Below are positions 25,114 to 38,204 of a stretch of DNA of 64,000 nucleotides, in pieces; position 1 is the first letter of the stretch; each line of letters starts with the position of its first letter. Location: NCBI RefSeq assembly GCF_030028105.1, contig NC_092391.1, positions 51,929,223 to 51,993,222 on the forward strand, given 5' to 3'. The notes under the pieces were generated by a model, which made no database searches, was not told where the DNA came from, and saw only the letters and a program-made list of their open reading frames with translations. The DNA comes from Mobula birostris (taxonomy: Eukaryota). The position numbers were made by a program, and so were the translations under genes.

Positions 25114-25865
25114 TGAAACCTACTGAATGTTGAAAGGCCTAGGCAGAGTGTATGTAGAGAGGATGTTTCCTATGGTGGGGGAGTCTAAGACCAGAGGAAT
25201 AGAGGGATGTCCATTTAGAATGGAAATGAGAAGGATTTTCTTTGGCTTGAGAGTGGTGAATCTATAGAACTCGTTACCACAGGTGGCTGTGGAGGCCAAG
25301 GTATTGGGTGTATTTAAGACAGAGGTTGATAGATTGTTGATTAGTCAGGGCGTGAAGAGATACGGGGAGAAGACCGGAGGTTGGGGATGAGAGGGAAAAT
25401 GGATCAGCCATGATGAAATGGTAGAGCAGACTCAATTGGCCAACGGCCTAATTCTACTCCTCTGTCTTATGGTCTTTTGACCTTGTGTCCTCACTGGCAT
25501 TCAAAAGAATGAGAGGGGATCTCATCAAAACAAAAATTCTGAAAGGGACTGATAAGATAGAGGCAGGAAAATTGTGTCCACTGGTGAGTGAGACCAGAAC
25601 AAGAGGACATGGGAATAAATTTAGGATGGAGATGAGGAGGAACTGCTTTTCCCAGACAGTAGCAAATCTGTGAAAATTCTCTGCCCATGGAAGTAGTGGA
25701 GGATAGTTCATTAAATGAATTTAAGACACAGATAGATTTTTTGCATAGTAAGAGACTTGAGGGTTATAGGGAAAAGGTAGGTGAAGTTGTCCACAACAAG
25801 ATCAGCCAAGGATTTTACTGAATGGTGGAGCAGGGTCGAAGGGCCAAACAGTCACTCCAGTTCCT
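25114..25865 (+). mobile_element. two tandem CR1 3' ends
   Basis: similar to 3050-3415; first ends tcttatggtctt near 25476. Confidence 0.82.
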
Positions 25866-25951
25866 CTTTCTTACAGTATATAAATCCAAGCAGCACTTAG
25901 TGTTGTAGCACAAATATTCCTCTCTCCACAAGGATTTCTTTTCTTTTGCAC

Positions 25952-26044
25952 TGTAAACCTCAGCATCTACGTGTCCTCCACATTGCCAGGACTCTGATGT
26001 AAACCTCAGCATCTATGTGTCCCCCACATGCCAGGACTCTGATG
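25952..26044. repeat. ~46-bp tandem duplication
   Basis: tgtaaacctcagcatcta..ccaggactctgatg twice. Confidence 0.85.
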
Positions 26045-28561
26045 GGAGGAGAATTTAGTGACCAGTTAACGTATGGAGCAGGGACTTTGACTGAAAGCAG
26101 CCCGGCAGATTTTAACACAACTCCGTGTTTCCTTCAGACACTGCGGAGTCGTCAAAATTCCACCCACCAAACAACTGAAATTCAACTGGAATAGGAATTT
26201 CTGTCTTTAGGGAGGCCGGCGTTTCTGCCTGTCCACGGTCAGTAACTTCTGCTCTCAAGATTTAAGATCATTTAATGTCATTTCCAGTACACAAGTGTAA
26301 AGGAGAATGAGATAATTGTTACTTCAGATCCAATGCAGCACAAAAAAAACACACACACAATGAGATAAAGAACGCACTAATAATAATAATAAAACACAAT
26401 AAATATAAATGCTTAAAGATAGCTTATGTACATAGATTGATTGTATGTCCATAAAGTGCTGCTAGACACAGGGGTGCCTGTACATAAGTTGGCTGACAGG
26501 AAATGATAAAGTAGTGGTAGCTGGGGGTGTGGAGGGGTGGGTTACTGGATGGAGGTGTTAATCAGCCTTGCTGCTTGGGGAAAGTAACTTCTTGAGTCTG
26601 GTGGTCCTGGCGTGGAAGCTACTGTACGTAGTGGTGTCAATGCTGTGAAGCCTCCACCCTGACGGGAGCGGGACAAACAGTCCATGAGCAGGATGGGTGG
26701 GATCCTTCATGGTGTTACTGGCCCATTTCCATCACCTTTCTGGATATACAGTATGTCCTGATAAGTTCTGATAGCTACCTGCAGGTACAATTAAGAAACA
26801 AATGGCCTGATTCAGGCCATGACCCCTGAAGCCTGATTTCCTCTATCATTGAGACACACACTTTCTCACAACATTCATCCTCCTCCTCACACATTCACCA
26901 ACTCTGCCTTCACGGTTTTCTCAGGTACAGAATTCCAGAGATGCACAATTGTTCAAGAGAAGGTGGTCTCCCTTACCTGGATCCTTGATTAGGGGGTCCA
27001 TCATTCTGAAATTATGATCCTCCAGAAGAAACATCCTCTCAGCTTCCCCGACTGATGTGTCTTCAACTCCAGTAAGGATAAGCCAAATGGCCTTAGTAAA
27101 TCAAAGTACTGAGTACAAGAGATGGGATGTTATGTTGAAGCTGTATAAGATGTTGGTAAGCCTAATTTAGAGAATTGTGTGCAGTTTTGGTCACCTACCT
27201 ACGGGAGATATATCCTAACACTAAGATTGAAAGAGAGCAGAGAAAATTTACAAAGATATTGCCAGGACTTGGGGACTTGAGTTATAAGGAAAGGTTGAAT
27301 AGTTAGGGTTTATTCCCTAGAGTGTAGCAGAATGAGAGATTTGGTAAAGATATAGAAAATTAAGGGGTATAGATAGGATAAACACAAGAACCTCCTTTGA
27401 ACCCTCTCCAATGTCAGTACATCCTTTCTTAGATAAGGGACGTCAAACTGCTCACAATACTCCAAATGAGGCCTCACCAGTGCTTTATAAAGCCTAAATT
27501 ACATCCTTGCTTTTATGTTCTATTCCTCTTGAAATGAATGCTGATGTTGCATTTGCCTTCCTCGCCATAGACTCAACGTGCAAATTAACCTTTAGGGAAT
27601 CCTGCACGAGGCTTTCTCCACTGGCATTGAGTGAGACTATAACTAGAGGTCATGGGTTAAGAGTGAAAGAAATTCCCATTTCTCTCTCTCACCTTATCTC
27701 CTTACCTGCCTATGTCCCTTACTTCCATGTCCCTCTGTCCTCTCCTATCAGATTCCCCCTTCTCCTGTCCTTTATTTCTTTCACGATTCGACTTCCCAGC
27801 TCTTTATTTCACCCCTCACAACAAGCTGGAGGAACTCAGCAGGTCAGGCAGCATCCGTGGAAAAGATTGGTTGCTGCCCGACCTGCTGAGTTCCTCCAGC
27901 TTGTTGTGAGTGTTGCTTTGGCCCCAGCATCAGCAGATTATTTTGTTTATTTCACCCCTCCCCCACTCCCGGTTTCATCTATCACCTACTACCTCGTATT
28001 TCTTCCTCCCCTCCCTCTACCTTCTTATACTGACTTCTCAGCCCAAAACATCGGCTGTTCACTCTTTTCCATAGATGCTGCCTGGCCTGCTGATTTCCTC
28101 CAGCATCTTGTGTGTGTTGCTTACATTTCCAGTACCGGCAGATATTCCCTTGTGTGGAATGAGATGCAAGAGGAGGAGGTGGACGTGTGTTTGATTTCAA
28201 CATTTAAATGAAATTTGGATAGGTACATGGCTGGGAGGGATATGGCGGGCTTTGGTGCAGGTGCAGGTTGATCAGACTAGGCAGATTAATGGTTTGGCAG
28301 AGACTAGGTGGGCCAAACGGCCATTTTCTTTGCTGTAGTGTTCTATGATTCCAATCTGGTCAATATTTCCTCATTAAAACTACCCCTTCATCCCAGGAAG
28401 CACCAAGGGAACCTTCTCTGCATTATCTCAAATAGAAGTACAGTACATCCTCCTTAAATAAGGTCCCCAAAATTTCACACAATAATCCGGGTGTGATCTC
28501 TTTGGCATCTCAACGTTTTTGCAAAACATTACTGCTTGTGTACTTAATTATCTTGGTAAAA

Positions 28562-28999
28562 AATTTTGAAAGGTTTATCATATGAGGGGTGTTTGATGTC
28601 TCTAGGCCTGTACTCACTGGAATTCAGAAGAATGAGAGAGGATCTTATTAAAACCTATAGAATGTTGAATAGCCCCAATAGAGTGAATGTGGAGATGTTT
28701 CCTATGGTGGAGGAGTTTAAGACCAGAGGATACAGCCTCTGAATAGAGGGTCTTCCATTTAGACCAGGAAGAGGAATTTCTTTAGCCAGAGGCTGGCAAA
28801 TCCGTGGAATTTATTGCCACAGGCAGCTGTGAAGGCCAAGTCATTGGGTATACTTAAGGGGAAGGTTGATAGATTCTTGATTAGTCAGGGCATGAAAGGA
28901 TACAGGGAGAAAGCAGGAAATTGGGGCTGAGAAGGAAATGGTGGAGCAGACTTGATGGGCCAAATGGCCTACTTCTGCTCCTATATCTTATGGTCTTAT
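28562..28999 (+). mobile_element. CR1 3' end
   Basis: LGLYSLEFRRMR remnant; tail tcttatggtcttat. Confidence 0.85.
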
Positions 29000-29023
29000 A
29001 AACCACCTTCTTCTTCATTTCAG

Positions 29024-29146
29024 GGTTCAACCACTCACCTCACTACGGCAACCAGAAATGTCTGCACCTGCTCGTGCATGAAGCTTCCAAGGCGAGCACA
29101 TTCCCTCCCAAATCTCTGGTCTGGCTCCTCAGATCCTGCACTGTAA
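29024..29146 (+). CDS. putative uncharacterised gene, terminal exon C (GSTTHLTTATRNVCTCSCMKLPRRAHSLPNLWSGSSDPAL*)
   Basis: strong acceptor ccttcttcttcatttcag; phase 0 frame to TAA; AATAAA at 29336-29341. Confidence 0.5.
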   Translation, partial: GSTTHLTTATRNVCTCSCMKLPRRAHSLPNLWSGSSDPAL

Positions 29147-29449
29147 AATGAAGCAGCAGAAGCCTCATCTGGGCTGTGTGTGTTGTAGGAAATAGCTGTG
29201 GTATCACCGGCCAATGTTACTGCAGACTCTCAAAGGTTTCCTGGTTAATTTCTGATGTCCAGCTTCACTTGCATAAATCTGGTGTGACCCATATATTAGC
29301 CACAGGCCACACTCCGCTAGTACTTCAGATTAGTAAATAAACATGAACACTTCATTTCTGGAGCAAATGCAGTAAATATTAATAATATTTGTGCAATTTA
29401 TCCTAAAAAAAAAGCTTGTGGTGTTGATGGTTTTAAAAGATGAGACCTG

Positions 29450-29670
29450 ACAAAGGTTGGAGGGTTCATTTCATCGAGTACCCATTCCAGTCAGGTTATC
29501 CCGGTGGCCAGCATTTAAATTCTGCTTCCCATTCCCATACCAACATGTCTGTTCATGGCAATCTCTACTGCCAAGTTGAGGCTAGATGCACCTTAGAGGA
29601 ACACCTCATATTCTGCCTTAGTAGACTCCAACCTGACAGCATGACATTCAGTTTTTTAAACTTTTGGTAA
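29450..29670 (+). mobile_element. Penelope-like GIY-YIG C-terminal remnant
   Basis: HLNSASHSHTNMSVHGNLYC..LEEHLIFCLSRLQPD. Confidence 0.75.
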
Positions 29671-29774
29671 CTACTTTGTTTTCCCTTACCCTACCAGACT
29701 CATCACCCGATCTCTTCCTCCTCCTCCACATTCTTGATCTGCCTTCACCTATACAGTCATCCATCCAATTCATA

Positions 29775-30665
29775 CGACATTGGAGCAGAATTAGGCCATT
29801 TGGCCCATCGAGTCTGCTCTGCCATTTCATCATGGCTGATCCATTTCCCCTCTCAACCCCATTCTCCTGCCTTCTCCCCATACCCCTTCATGTCCCGACT
29901 TCTCAAACATCTATCAACCTCCGCTTTAAAAATACTCAATGACCTGGCCTCCACAGCTGTCTGTGGCAACAAATTTTACAGATTCACCAGCCTCTGGCTA
30001 AAGAAATTCCTCATCTCCGTTCTAAGTGGCTGTCCCTCTATTCAGGGGTTGTGTCCACTGGTCTGAGACTCTCTCACTATGGGAAGCATCCCCTCCACAT
30101 CCACTCTGACTAGCCCTTTCAACATTCAATAGGATTTCCCCCCATTCTTCTGAATTCCAGTGAGTACAGGCCCAGAGTCATCAAATGCTCTTCATACGAT
30201 AAGCATTTATATCCTGGAATAATTCTCGTGAGCCTCCTTTGAACCTTCTCCAGTGTCAGCACATCCTTTCTTAGATAAGAAGCCCAAAACTGCTTACAGT
30301 ACTCCAAGTGAGGCCTCACTAGTGCTTTATAAAGCCTCAAATTACATCCTTGCTTTTACATTCTAGTCCTCTCAAAATGAATACTAACATTGCATTTGCC
30401 TTCCTCACCACAGACTCAACCTGCAAGTTGACATGCACTTGGGTTCCCAAGTCCCTTTGCACCTCAGATTTTTAAAACTTTCTCCTTTTATTCCTTCTAC
30501 CATACACTTCCCGACACTGTATTCCATCTGCTACCTCTTTGCCCATTCGCTAATCTAAGTCCTTCTGCATCCTCCCTGCTTCCTGAACATTACCTGCCCC
30601 TGCACCTACCCTCATATTGTCCACAAAGCCATCACTTCCATCACCCAAATCATTGACATACAAGA
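29775..30665 (-). mobile_element. CR1 LINE 3' part
   Basis: [24 protein letters not shown] on minus strand. Confidence 0.88.
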
Positions 30666-31314
30666 AGTGGTCCCATTAATCACTTTTCTCTCCTTTGTCT
30701 CTTCCACGTATCACCACCCAGTTTCTGACAACATTCCCACTCCTCCCTCTCCCACCTGGACCCACCTATCACCTACCAACTCTTGCTCCAAACTCACTTT
30801 CCCTACTCCCCAATCTTTGTATGCTGGCTATCTCTCCTCTTCCTTTCCCATCAGATGAAGGGTCTTGACCTGAAACGGTAACTGTCTACCCCCCTTCCAT
30901 AGATGCTGCCTGACCCAGTTCCTCCTGCACTGAAAGTGTTGCTCCAGATTCAGTATCTGCAGTCTCCCGTGTACCAACATTTGAAAGGTTTTTAGGCCAA
31001 ACGGGACTTGCTGATGTGGGAACCTTGATCAGAAGGATGAGTTGGTCTAAAGGGCCTGTCGCTGTGCGAGACAAACAGTACTTTATACTTTATTGTCGCC
31101 AAACAATTGGCACTAGAACGTACAATCATCACAGTGACAGTTGATTCTGCGCTTCACACTCCCTGGATTACAAATATTAAATATTAAAAATAGTTAAAAT
31201 TAGTAAATATTGTGTAAAATCTTGTAAACACAGGGAGGGTTTCTCTTTCCATCCATGCATTCTGCATGAGACACTTTTGATTGATGTTTGTGTACAAGGA
31301 TAAAGCTGTATCAT

Positions 31315-31855
31315 AAACACAAGATAGTCTGCAGATGCTGGAAATCCAAAGCAACACACACAAAATATTGGAGGAACTCAGCAGGTCAGTTAGCATCAAT
31401 GGATACGAATAGTCGTTGTTTCGGGCGGAGACCCCTCATCAGGACTGAGAAGGAAGGGGAGATGCCAGAATAAGATGGAGGGGGGAGGGGGGAAAGGCGA
31501 GCTGGAACATGATTTGTGAACCAGGAAGGTGGGAAAGGTAAAGGCTGAAGGAGGAGTCTGATAGGGGAGGGGAGTGGACCACAGGAGAAGGGGAAGGGGG
31601 GGACCCAGGAGGCAGAAACAGGCAAGTGAGAGGAGGTAAAAGGTCAGAGCGGAGAATAGAGGAAGTGGGGGGGGGGGGCAATTTGTTTAACAGAATGAGA
31701 AATCGATTTTCATGCCATCAACTTAGAGGCTACCCAGATGGAATACTGCATATGATTTTGTTTCTTCACCCTGAGGGTGGCCCCATCTTGGCACAAGAGG
31801 AGGCTGTGGACGGACATATTGGAATGGGAATGGGTATTAAAATGTTCCACTTGTG
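31315..31855 (-). mobile_element. Penelope-like 3' fragment with mutated hammerhead
   Basis: HFNTHSHSNMSVHSLLLCQDGATLRV matches the GIY-YIG tail; agtcctgatgaggggtctccgcccgaaacaacgact at about 31411-31446. Confidence 0.8.
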
Positions 31856-32705
31856 ATGGATGGTGTGGAGGTGTTAGACAAAGCAGTATCACTGGGGCTG
31901 GTCTACAGCTGTACTGGTCAAATTCTGATCCAGCCTCTTGTTGGATTAGGGTGCAGAACTGTTATTTTTATAGGATTTTCCTCATAGTTTAACTTTCCTT
32001 GCTATGCTTGCTTATAATTTTATATAATCACCTATAAACACGTAATTGCTCAATGAATTTCCCAATGATTATAATACAGCCAATTATGCATTTTCTAGAA
32101 GTTTCTCAGTTCTCCTGCAGCAGGTGTCACACCACTTGAAAATGGTTATTTTATATAGGCTAATTGTTATCACTGGAATGGTGTTCTCTCTCGTCTATGA
32201 GATGACGACGACTTTTTTTTTCTTTTTTGTTCTTTGTTCTTCTAACACTCAATAAAACAACCGGAAGCAATGATTTTTATGCCTCATTCTTAACTTCTGA
32301 ACCTCTGGATCGCAGACACACCAGGATCCAACGATCTGGTAATCCAGGAATTTCCAGAAGCAATGTATATGTTACGTATTTCTTCCCCTCACGTGAAAAA
32401 GCGAACTAGTGGTAAGTGATCCTGCTCAGCAGAACATACTGCGTACCTTGATCCAGAACCTTTCATGGAATTCATGATCAGAACTCACCCCCCACCCCGC
32501 TTTGGTCTTCAGGCCAAGGGACAGAAATCTCCTGTCTGTGTTTAGTTCCACGTCTCCCTCGCTAGTGTTAGCTGGAAGGTGACTCTGGGCAGTATCACTG
32601 GTACCAGCCTCACAGCCTCCTCCACTTTACAAAGTAGAAGGGAGCAGGGAGCAGAGGTCATTCTAACTCTGGATGCAGGGGCAAATTTCCAAAATCCTCT
32701 CTGCA

Positions 32706-32711
32706 TTTATT
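32706..32711 (-). terminator. candidate polyadenylation signal AATAAA of GTF2H3
   Basis: tttatt on plus strand about 255 nt past the stop codon. Confidence 0.5.
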
Positions 32712-32964
32712 ACAAATGTGAGCATTTACAAAAGGGCACAAATTGGTCAAAAGAGACCCAAAGTTTGCGGGTTTGTTCTCATTCCACCAACGGCACAACA
32801 TCTGGAGTTTAAAACTGTGTCACAACTCCTTATATCGGCAACCGAAAGGAGTGTGTGAGCTTTGCCAGTGGATTATCGCACCGATTGCACAGGCTCCAGA
32901 GGCAGCTGGAAGAGCAGAAGTCCCAGTGGAAGGAAGGGCTTGAATCGAGTTCAGTCCGCTGGTG

Positions 32965-33052
32965 TCAGCTCGCCAGGTAATTCAGTGTTGGGGGTCTTGG
33001 CTTCTTCTTCTTGGCTTTCAGTACAGGTGGCAGGGCAATTCTGAAGGCAGTT
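32965..33052 (-). CDS. GTF2H3: TFIIH p34 exon 13, terminal (TAFRIALPPVLKAKKKKPRPPTLNYLAS*)
   Basis: LPPVLKAKKKK basic tail; TGA at 32965-32967; the 13 exons sum to 945 nt, open throughout. Confidence 0.96.
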
Positions 33053-33140
33053 CTGAACGTAAAATGAAAAGACACTATCAGCACTCACAATGGGTCCACC
33101 ATAATGGAATCAAACCACTGAACCCTCCCCCAATACTCAC

Positions 33141-33177
33141 TCGCATGTCGTACAAATAGGGCTAAAGTTGCAAAATA
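33141..33177 (-). CDS. GTF2H3: TFIIH p34 exon 12 ([13 protein letters not shown])
   Basis: matches p34; ttag/gtgagt boundaries, 37 nt. Confidence 0.97.
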
Positions 33178-33262
33178 CTAAAAATTAAAAAGAGAAATTC
33201 ATTAGAGACTGAACAATGTACAATTAAAAGTTTCAACAACCGAGAAAGTGTTTGAGACTCAC

Positions 33263-33398
33263 TGGATAAGCAGACAGAACACACGTAGCCAATTTCGATC
33301 AGGTTTCGGTGGCAGAAGCAGGCAGCTCTGTAATCCACATGAACTGGGGGAGGGAGGACGAGCTGGGACCTCTGCTCTGGCGCTGGCAGGAACATCCA
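33263..33398 (-). CDS. GTF2H3: TFIIH p34 exon 11 (WMFLP...[25 protein letters not shown])
   Basis: zinc-finger region of p34; ccag/gtgagt boundaries, 136 nt. Confidence 0.98.
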
Positions 33399-34372
33399 CT
33401 GGAGGTGAGAGGTGAGAGGTGGGGCGGGGCAAGGAGGAGAGAGAAACAGCCAGAGAATTACATTCAGAGCCTCAACAACTCCTCTCAGCTGAGGACTTTC
33501 TGTTCAGAAGGGTGTCAGGGAATGTGGGCCTAATATAGACTGAGATGCAGGTCCAACTGAACAACGGGATGGGCTTCCTGGGATACCCACGTCACGATAA
33601 AATTGTGTGGAACAGAAGTTTCTCTCTGGACTTTCTCATCAGGGTTCATGGAGGGTGTCTCAGTCCCTCATCACTGCCATGATTAGCACGAACACAGTGA
33701 TACGAACCACCCCATTCCCTGCTGAGGAAACACAACACATCACAGGACGCAGCCCACCAAGCCACTGTGTTAAACTTACAAATTTCTGGTGAGAGTTGAA
33801 CTTTGACCTGCCCAGGAGGCAGACCAAAGCAGCAGTAAAGCAGACTGGGACCCATCTCTGGGAGGGACCTTCACCAGGCAGGGTGGATGCAAGGTCGAGG
33901 TGGCGTTACCATGCCAGAGAGGATCTTTACTCTTCACAGAATGTTTAATTCCCAGTGTCTGAGTTCTCAACATCCTGAAGTTCAACAGAGGTTCTGGTGG
34001 ATCCCAACCCCACCCACCCTGTTACCCACCAACCCTCCCTCTCCCATACACGAACACCCAACCCCGGCATCACACACACACTCCCGTCTCCCCTACATGC
34101 AACTGTCCCAATCACATCACATCACACCCCACACACACACACACTCACTCACTCACAGACACAGTCTCACTCACAACACACATCACCACGCACACTCCGA
34201 TAAAGACACACGCCGACACAGATACAGGCACAATCATTCACACACTCACAGGCACAGTCTCACTCGCGCACGTGCACACACACCTGTCTCCTGCTCCTGC
34301 CCCTGCCCCCTGATGGAGAACCACTGAACAAGTCAGGCACCAGCAAACTCCATGTTTAAGGAATCACCTTAC

Positions 34373-34441
34373 CAGCAGATACTGGGTGATTGCTGACAGC
34401 TGTGGTATTTTTAAATATAATCCGCCGGTTATATCCGCAGC
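34373..34441 (-). CDS. GTF2H3: TFIIH p34 exon 10 (AADITGGLYLKIPQLSAITQYLL)
   Basis: DITGGLYLK motif; atag/gtaagg boundaries, 69 nt. Confidence 0.97.
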
Positions 34442-34809
34442 CTATGGACAGAGAGAAAACCCCAATTAAGCAGACCCAAATGGGTTCCACAATCCCTGTA
34501 CACCGGGTACAGAACCTCGGACTGATCAGCACAGAGAGAGTACAGCTCTCAGTGTCCTGGTGACAGGAAAGAGACCAAAACCTCCCAGACTCACACATTC
34601 CCAAGCTGAGACAGTCTGGGTGGGCGGGAGGGAATGCCCAAATGATACTGTGCCAAAGGATCACTTCAGCTGAGACGGGGGGCAGCACGGCTCCACAACA
34701 CAGAGCCAACAGCAGCTGCAATAACCAAGAGGCAGCGACATTGGAGTAACACAGAGAACACCAGGGTGACATCAACAGATCTAGCTCCACGACGCAAAGA
34801 CCACCAGAG

Positions 34810-35790
34810 CAGTTACTTGAGGATGTGACAAAGCAGATTGATGAAGGTAGAGCAGAGAATATGGTGTATATGGATTTCAGTAAGGTGTTGGATAAGTTTC
34901 CCCATGGTAGGCTCATTCAGAAGGTCAGGAGGCTTGGGATCTAGGGAAACCTGGCTGAGTGGATTCAGAATTGGTTTGTCCACAGAAGTCAAAGGGTGGT
35001 TGTAGATGGAATGTATTCTCCCTGGAGGTCGGTAACCAGGGGTGCTCCACCTGAATCTGTTCTGGGACCCCTGTTCTTGGTGATTTTTATAAATAATTTG
35101 GATGAGGAAGTGGAAGGGTGGGTTAGTAAGTTTGCAGATGACACAAACCTTGCCAGGGTTGTGGAGAGCGTAAAAGATTGCCGTAGATTACAATGGGATA
35201 TTGATAGGATGCAGAGCTGGGTGGAGGAGTGGCAGATGGAGTGCAGTCTAGAAGACTGTGAAGTGATTCACTTCAGAAAATTTAATTTGAAGGCAGAGTA
35301 CAGGCTAATGGCAGAAGTCTTAGCAGCTCGGAAGAACAGAGGGATCTTGGCGTCTAGAGTCTACAGATCAAGGTTGTCACACAAGCTGATAGGGTGGTTA
35401 AGAAAGCGTATAATGTGTTGGCCTTCAGAAGTTGGGGGACTGAGTTCAAGAGTTGTGAGATAATGCTGCAGTTCTATAAAACTCTGGTTACACTAAACTT
35501 GGAGTATTGTCTTCACCTCTGGTCGCCTCATTATAAAAAGGATGTCGAAGCTTTAGAGAGGGCTCAGAGGAGATTTGAGAAAGGCTGAGTGAGCTAGGGC
35601 TTTTTTCTTTGGAGTGGGGCACGAGAGGAGACTTGATAGAGGTGTAACAGATTAAGGCAGGCATAGATAGAGAGAACAATCAGCACTTTTTCCTCAGGGT
35701 GACAATGGCCAATACCGAAGGACATCCATTTAACGGTGTGGAGGAAAGTTCAGGGGAGATGTCAAGTTGTATTTCACAGAGCATGGAATG
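34810..35790 (+). mobile_element. decayed CR1 LINE
   Basis: SVLGPL, FADDTN, LEYCLHLWSPHYKKD. Confidence 0.85.
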
Positions 35791-36219
35791 ACTGCATGGA
35801 ATGGAGCACCCAAGGTTCACAAGAACAGCATTAATAGATTTTAAATGTAATTAATAATGTCACACACATCAATGCTGGTGCCAGAGGGACAGAGTATTTC
35901 AAGCGATGGATGTGGTATCAATCAAGCTGCAATTCTTGATGGATGAAATCCAAAACTTGATAGAGGTTAGGAAGCTTAGATCAAGTGCACAGCCAGACTT
36001 ATCTCAGGGCAGAACTGGCTAAGTTGAAGGGGCATAATTTTAATGTAATTGGAGGAAAGTATAGGGGGAATGTAACAGAGGGGATGGTCTCAAGCCCGGC
36101 TGCAAAAGGAGGAGGGCTGGGCACGGTGCTAGCAACCCATAAAACCCAGAGCTATAGAAATGGCAACAGAAGCTCCAAAGACCTCATCCCTGGGAGAGGA
36201 AGGATCTTCGAAGATGGGG

Positions 36220-37702
36220 CTAGATTCTGGACTAGTTCCTGAGGATTGGAGGGTGGCTAATGTAACCCCACTTTTTAAAAAAGGAGGGAGAGAGAAACCG
36301 GGGAATTATAGACCGGTTAGCCTAACGTCGGTGGTGGGGAAACTGCTGGAGTCAGTTATCAAAGATGTGATAACAGCACATTTGGAAAGCGGTGAAATCA
36401 TCGGACAAAGTCAGCATGGATTTGTGAAAGGAAAATCATGTCTGACGAATCTCATAGAATTTTTTGAGGATGTAACTAGTAGAGTGGATAGGGGAGAACC
36501 AGTGGATGTGGTATATTTGGATTTTCAAAAGGCTTTTGACAAGGTCCCACACAAGAGATTAGTGTGCAAACTTAAAGCACACGGCATTGGGGGTAAGGTA
36601 TTGATGTGGATGGAGAATTGGTTAGCAGACAGGAAGCAAAGAGTGGGAATAAACTGGACCTTTTCAGAATGGCAGGCAGTGACTAGTGGGGTACCGCAAG
36701 GCTCAGTGCTGGGACCCCAGTTGTTTACAATATATATTAATGACTTGGATGAGGGAATTAAATGCAGCATCTCCAAGTCTGCGGATGACACGAAGGCAGT
36801 GTTAGCTGTGAGGAGGATGCTAAGAGGATGCAGAGTGACTTGGATAGGCTGGGTGAGTGGGCAAATTCATGGCAGATGCAATTTAATGTGGATAAATGTG
36901 AAGTTATCCACTTTGGTGGCAAAAATAGGAAAACAGATTATTATCTGAATGGTGGCCGATTAGGAAAAGGGGAGGTGCAACGAGACCTGGGTGTCATTAT
37001 ACACCAGTCATTGAAAGTGGGCATGCAGGTACAGCAGGCGGTGAAAAAGGCAAATGGTATGCTGGCATTTATAGCGAGAGGATTCGAGTACAGGAGCAGG
37101 GAGGTACTACTGCAGTTGTACAAGGCCTTGGTGAGACCACACCTGGAGTACTGTGTGCAGTTTTGGTCCCTTAATCTGAGGAAAGACATCCTTGCCATAG
37201 GGGGAGTACAAAGAAGGTTCACCAGATTGATTCCTGGGATGGCAGGACTTTCATATGAAGAAAGACTGGATGAACTGGGCTTGTACTCGTTGGAATTTAG
37301 AAGATTGAGGGGGGATCTGATTGAAACGTATAAAATCCTAAAGGGATTGGACAGGCTAGATGCAGGAAGATTGTTCCCGATGTTGGGGAAGTCCAGAACA
37401 AGGGGTCACAGTTTGAGGATAAAGGGGAAGCCTTTTAGGACCGAGATTAGGAAAAACTTCTTCACACAGAGAGTGGTGAATCTGTGGAATTCTCTGCCAC
37501 AGGAAACAGTTGAGGCCAGTTCATTGGCTATATTTAAGAGGGAGTTAGATATGGCCCTTGTGGCTACAGGGATCAGGGGGTATGGAGGGAAGGCTGGGGC
37601 AGGGTTCTGAGTTGGATGATCAGCCATGATCATAATAAATGGTGGTGCAGGCTCAAAGGGCCGAATGGCCTACTCCTGCACCTATTTTCTATGTTTCTAT
37701 GT
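36220..37702 (+). mobile_element. young 5'-truncated CR1 LINE (RT and 3' UTR)
   Basis: [45 protein letters not shown], then long open C-terminal frame; tail ttctatgtttctatgt. Confidence 0.95.
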
Positions 37703-38150
37703 TACACCTTAAAAGAGTGGCCCAGAACAGAGGACTCTGGTAAGCTGCTGTCAGCAGCCTGAACCCCAGTAGGGGTGATGGCCTGAAGAAGATGATGGTG
37801 ATGGTTGGATGTCAGAGATAAGTGTTTTTTTTTTACACACACAGAGAGGCGGGCATCTGGAAAATACTGCCAGGTGGTGGAAGAGTCAGATACTGAAGTG
37901 GCATTTAAGGGACTTCTAGATCGGCACATGATTGTAAAAAAAAAAACACAGTTATGGGGCATGGAGGAGGAAAGGATTAGATTGAGGTTTATATAGGTCG
38001 GTACTGTACATGGTAGAAAAAAGGACCCATACTGTGCTGTACTACTCAATGATACATGTGATAAAAGGTATTTTTATGAGGTGCACTCTAATACAGAGAT
38101 ACTTTACATGAAGCAGACAGTCTCAATCTAAAGCATCAACCCTTACTTAC

Positions 38151-38204
38151 CTGCTGCAGGAGTCCAGAATCAGAGTCCAGAACGCATGCATCAATCAGAA
38201 TATT
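38151..38204 (-). CDS. GTF2H3: TFIIH p34 exon 9 (NILIDACVLDSDSGLLQQ)
   Basis: matches p34; ttag/gtaagt boundaries, 54 nt. Confidence 0.97.

Noticed and set aside
26138-26237. Plus-strand exon-like segment (ccttcag..ACG|gtcagt) within the candidate gene
   Set aside because: Stops in all three frames; at most an alternative terminal or poison exon
29039-29140. 102-nt minus-strand exon candidate (tacag..GAG|gtgagt)
   Set aside because: Fits neither GTF2H3 (already complete) nor TCTN2 (starts at 18590); the overlapping plus-strand model has a stronger acceptor, stop and polyA signal. A non-coding antisense or read-through exon is not excluded
31411-31446. Active hammerhead on the minus strand
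   Set aside because: CUGAUGA and GAAA are intact but the cleavage region reads AAC instead of GUC, losing the UH site and the stem III palindrome
33887-34327. His/Thr-rich 146 aa ORF
   Set aside because: Degenerate CA microsatellite in GTF2H3 intron 10
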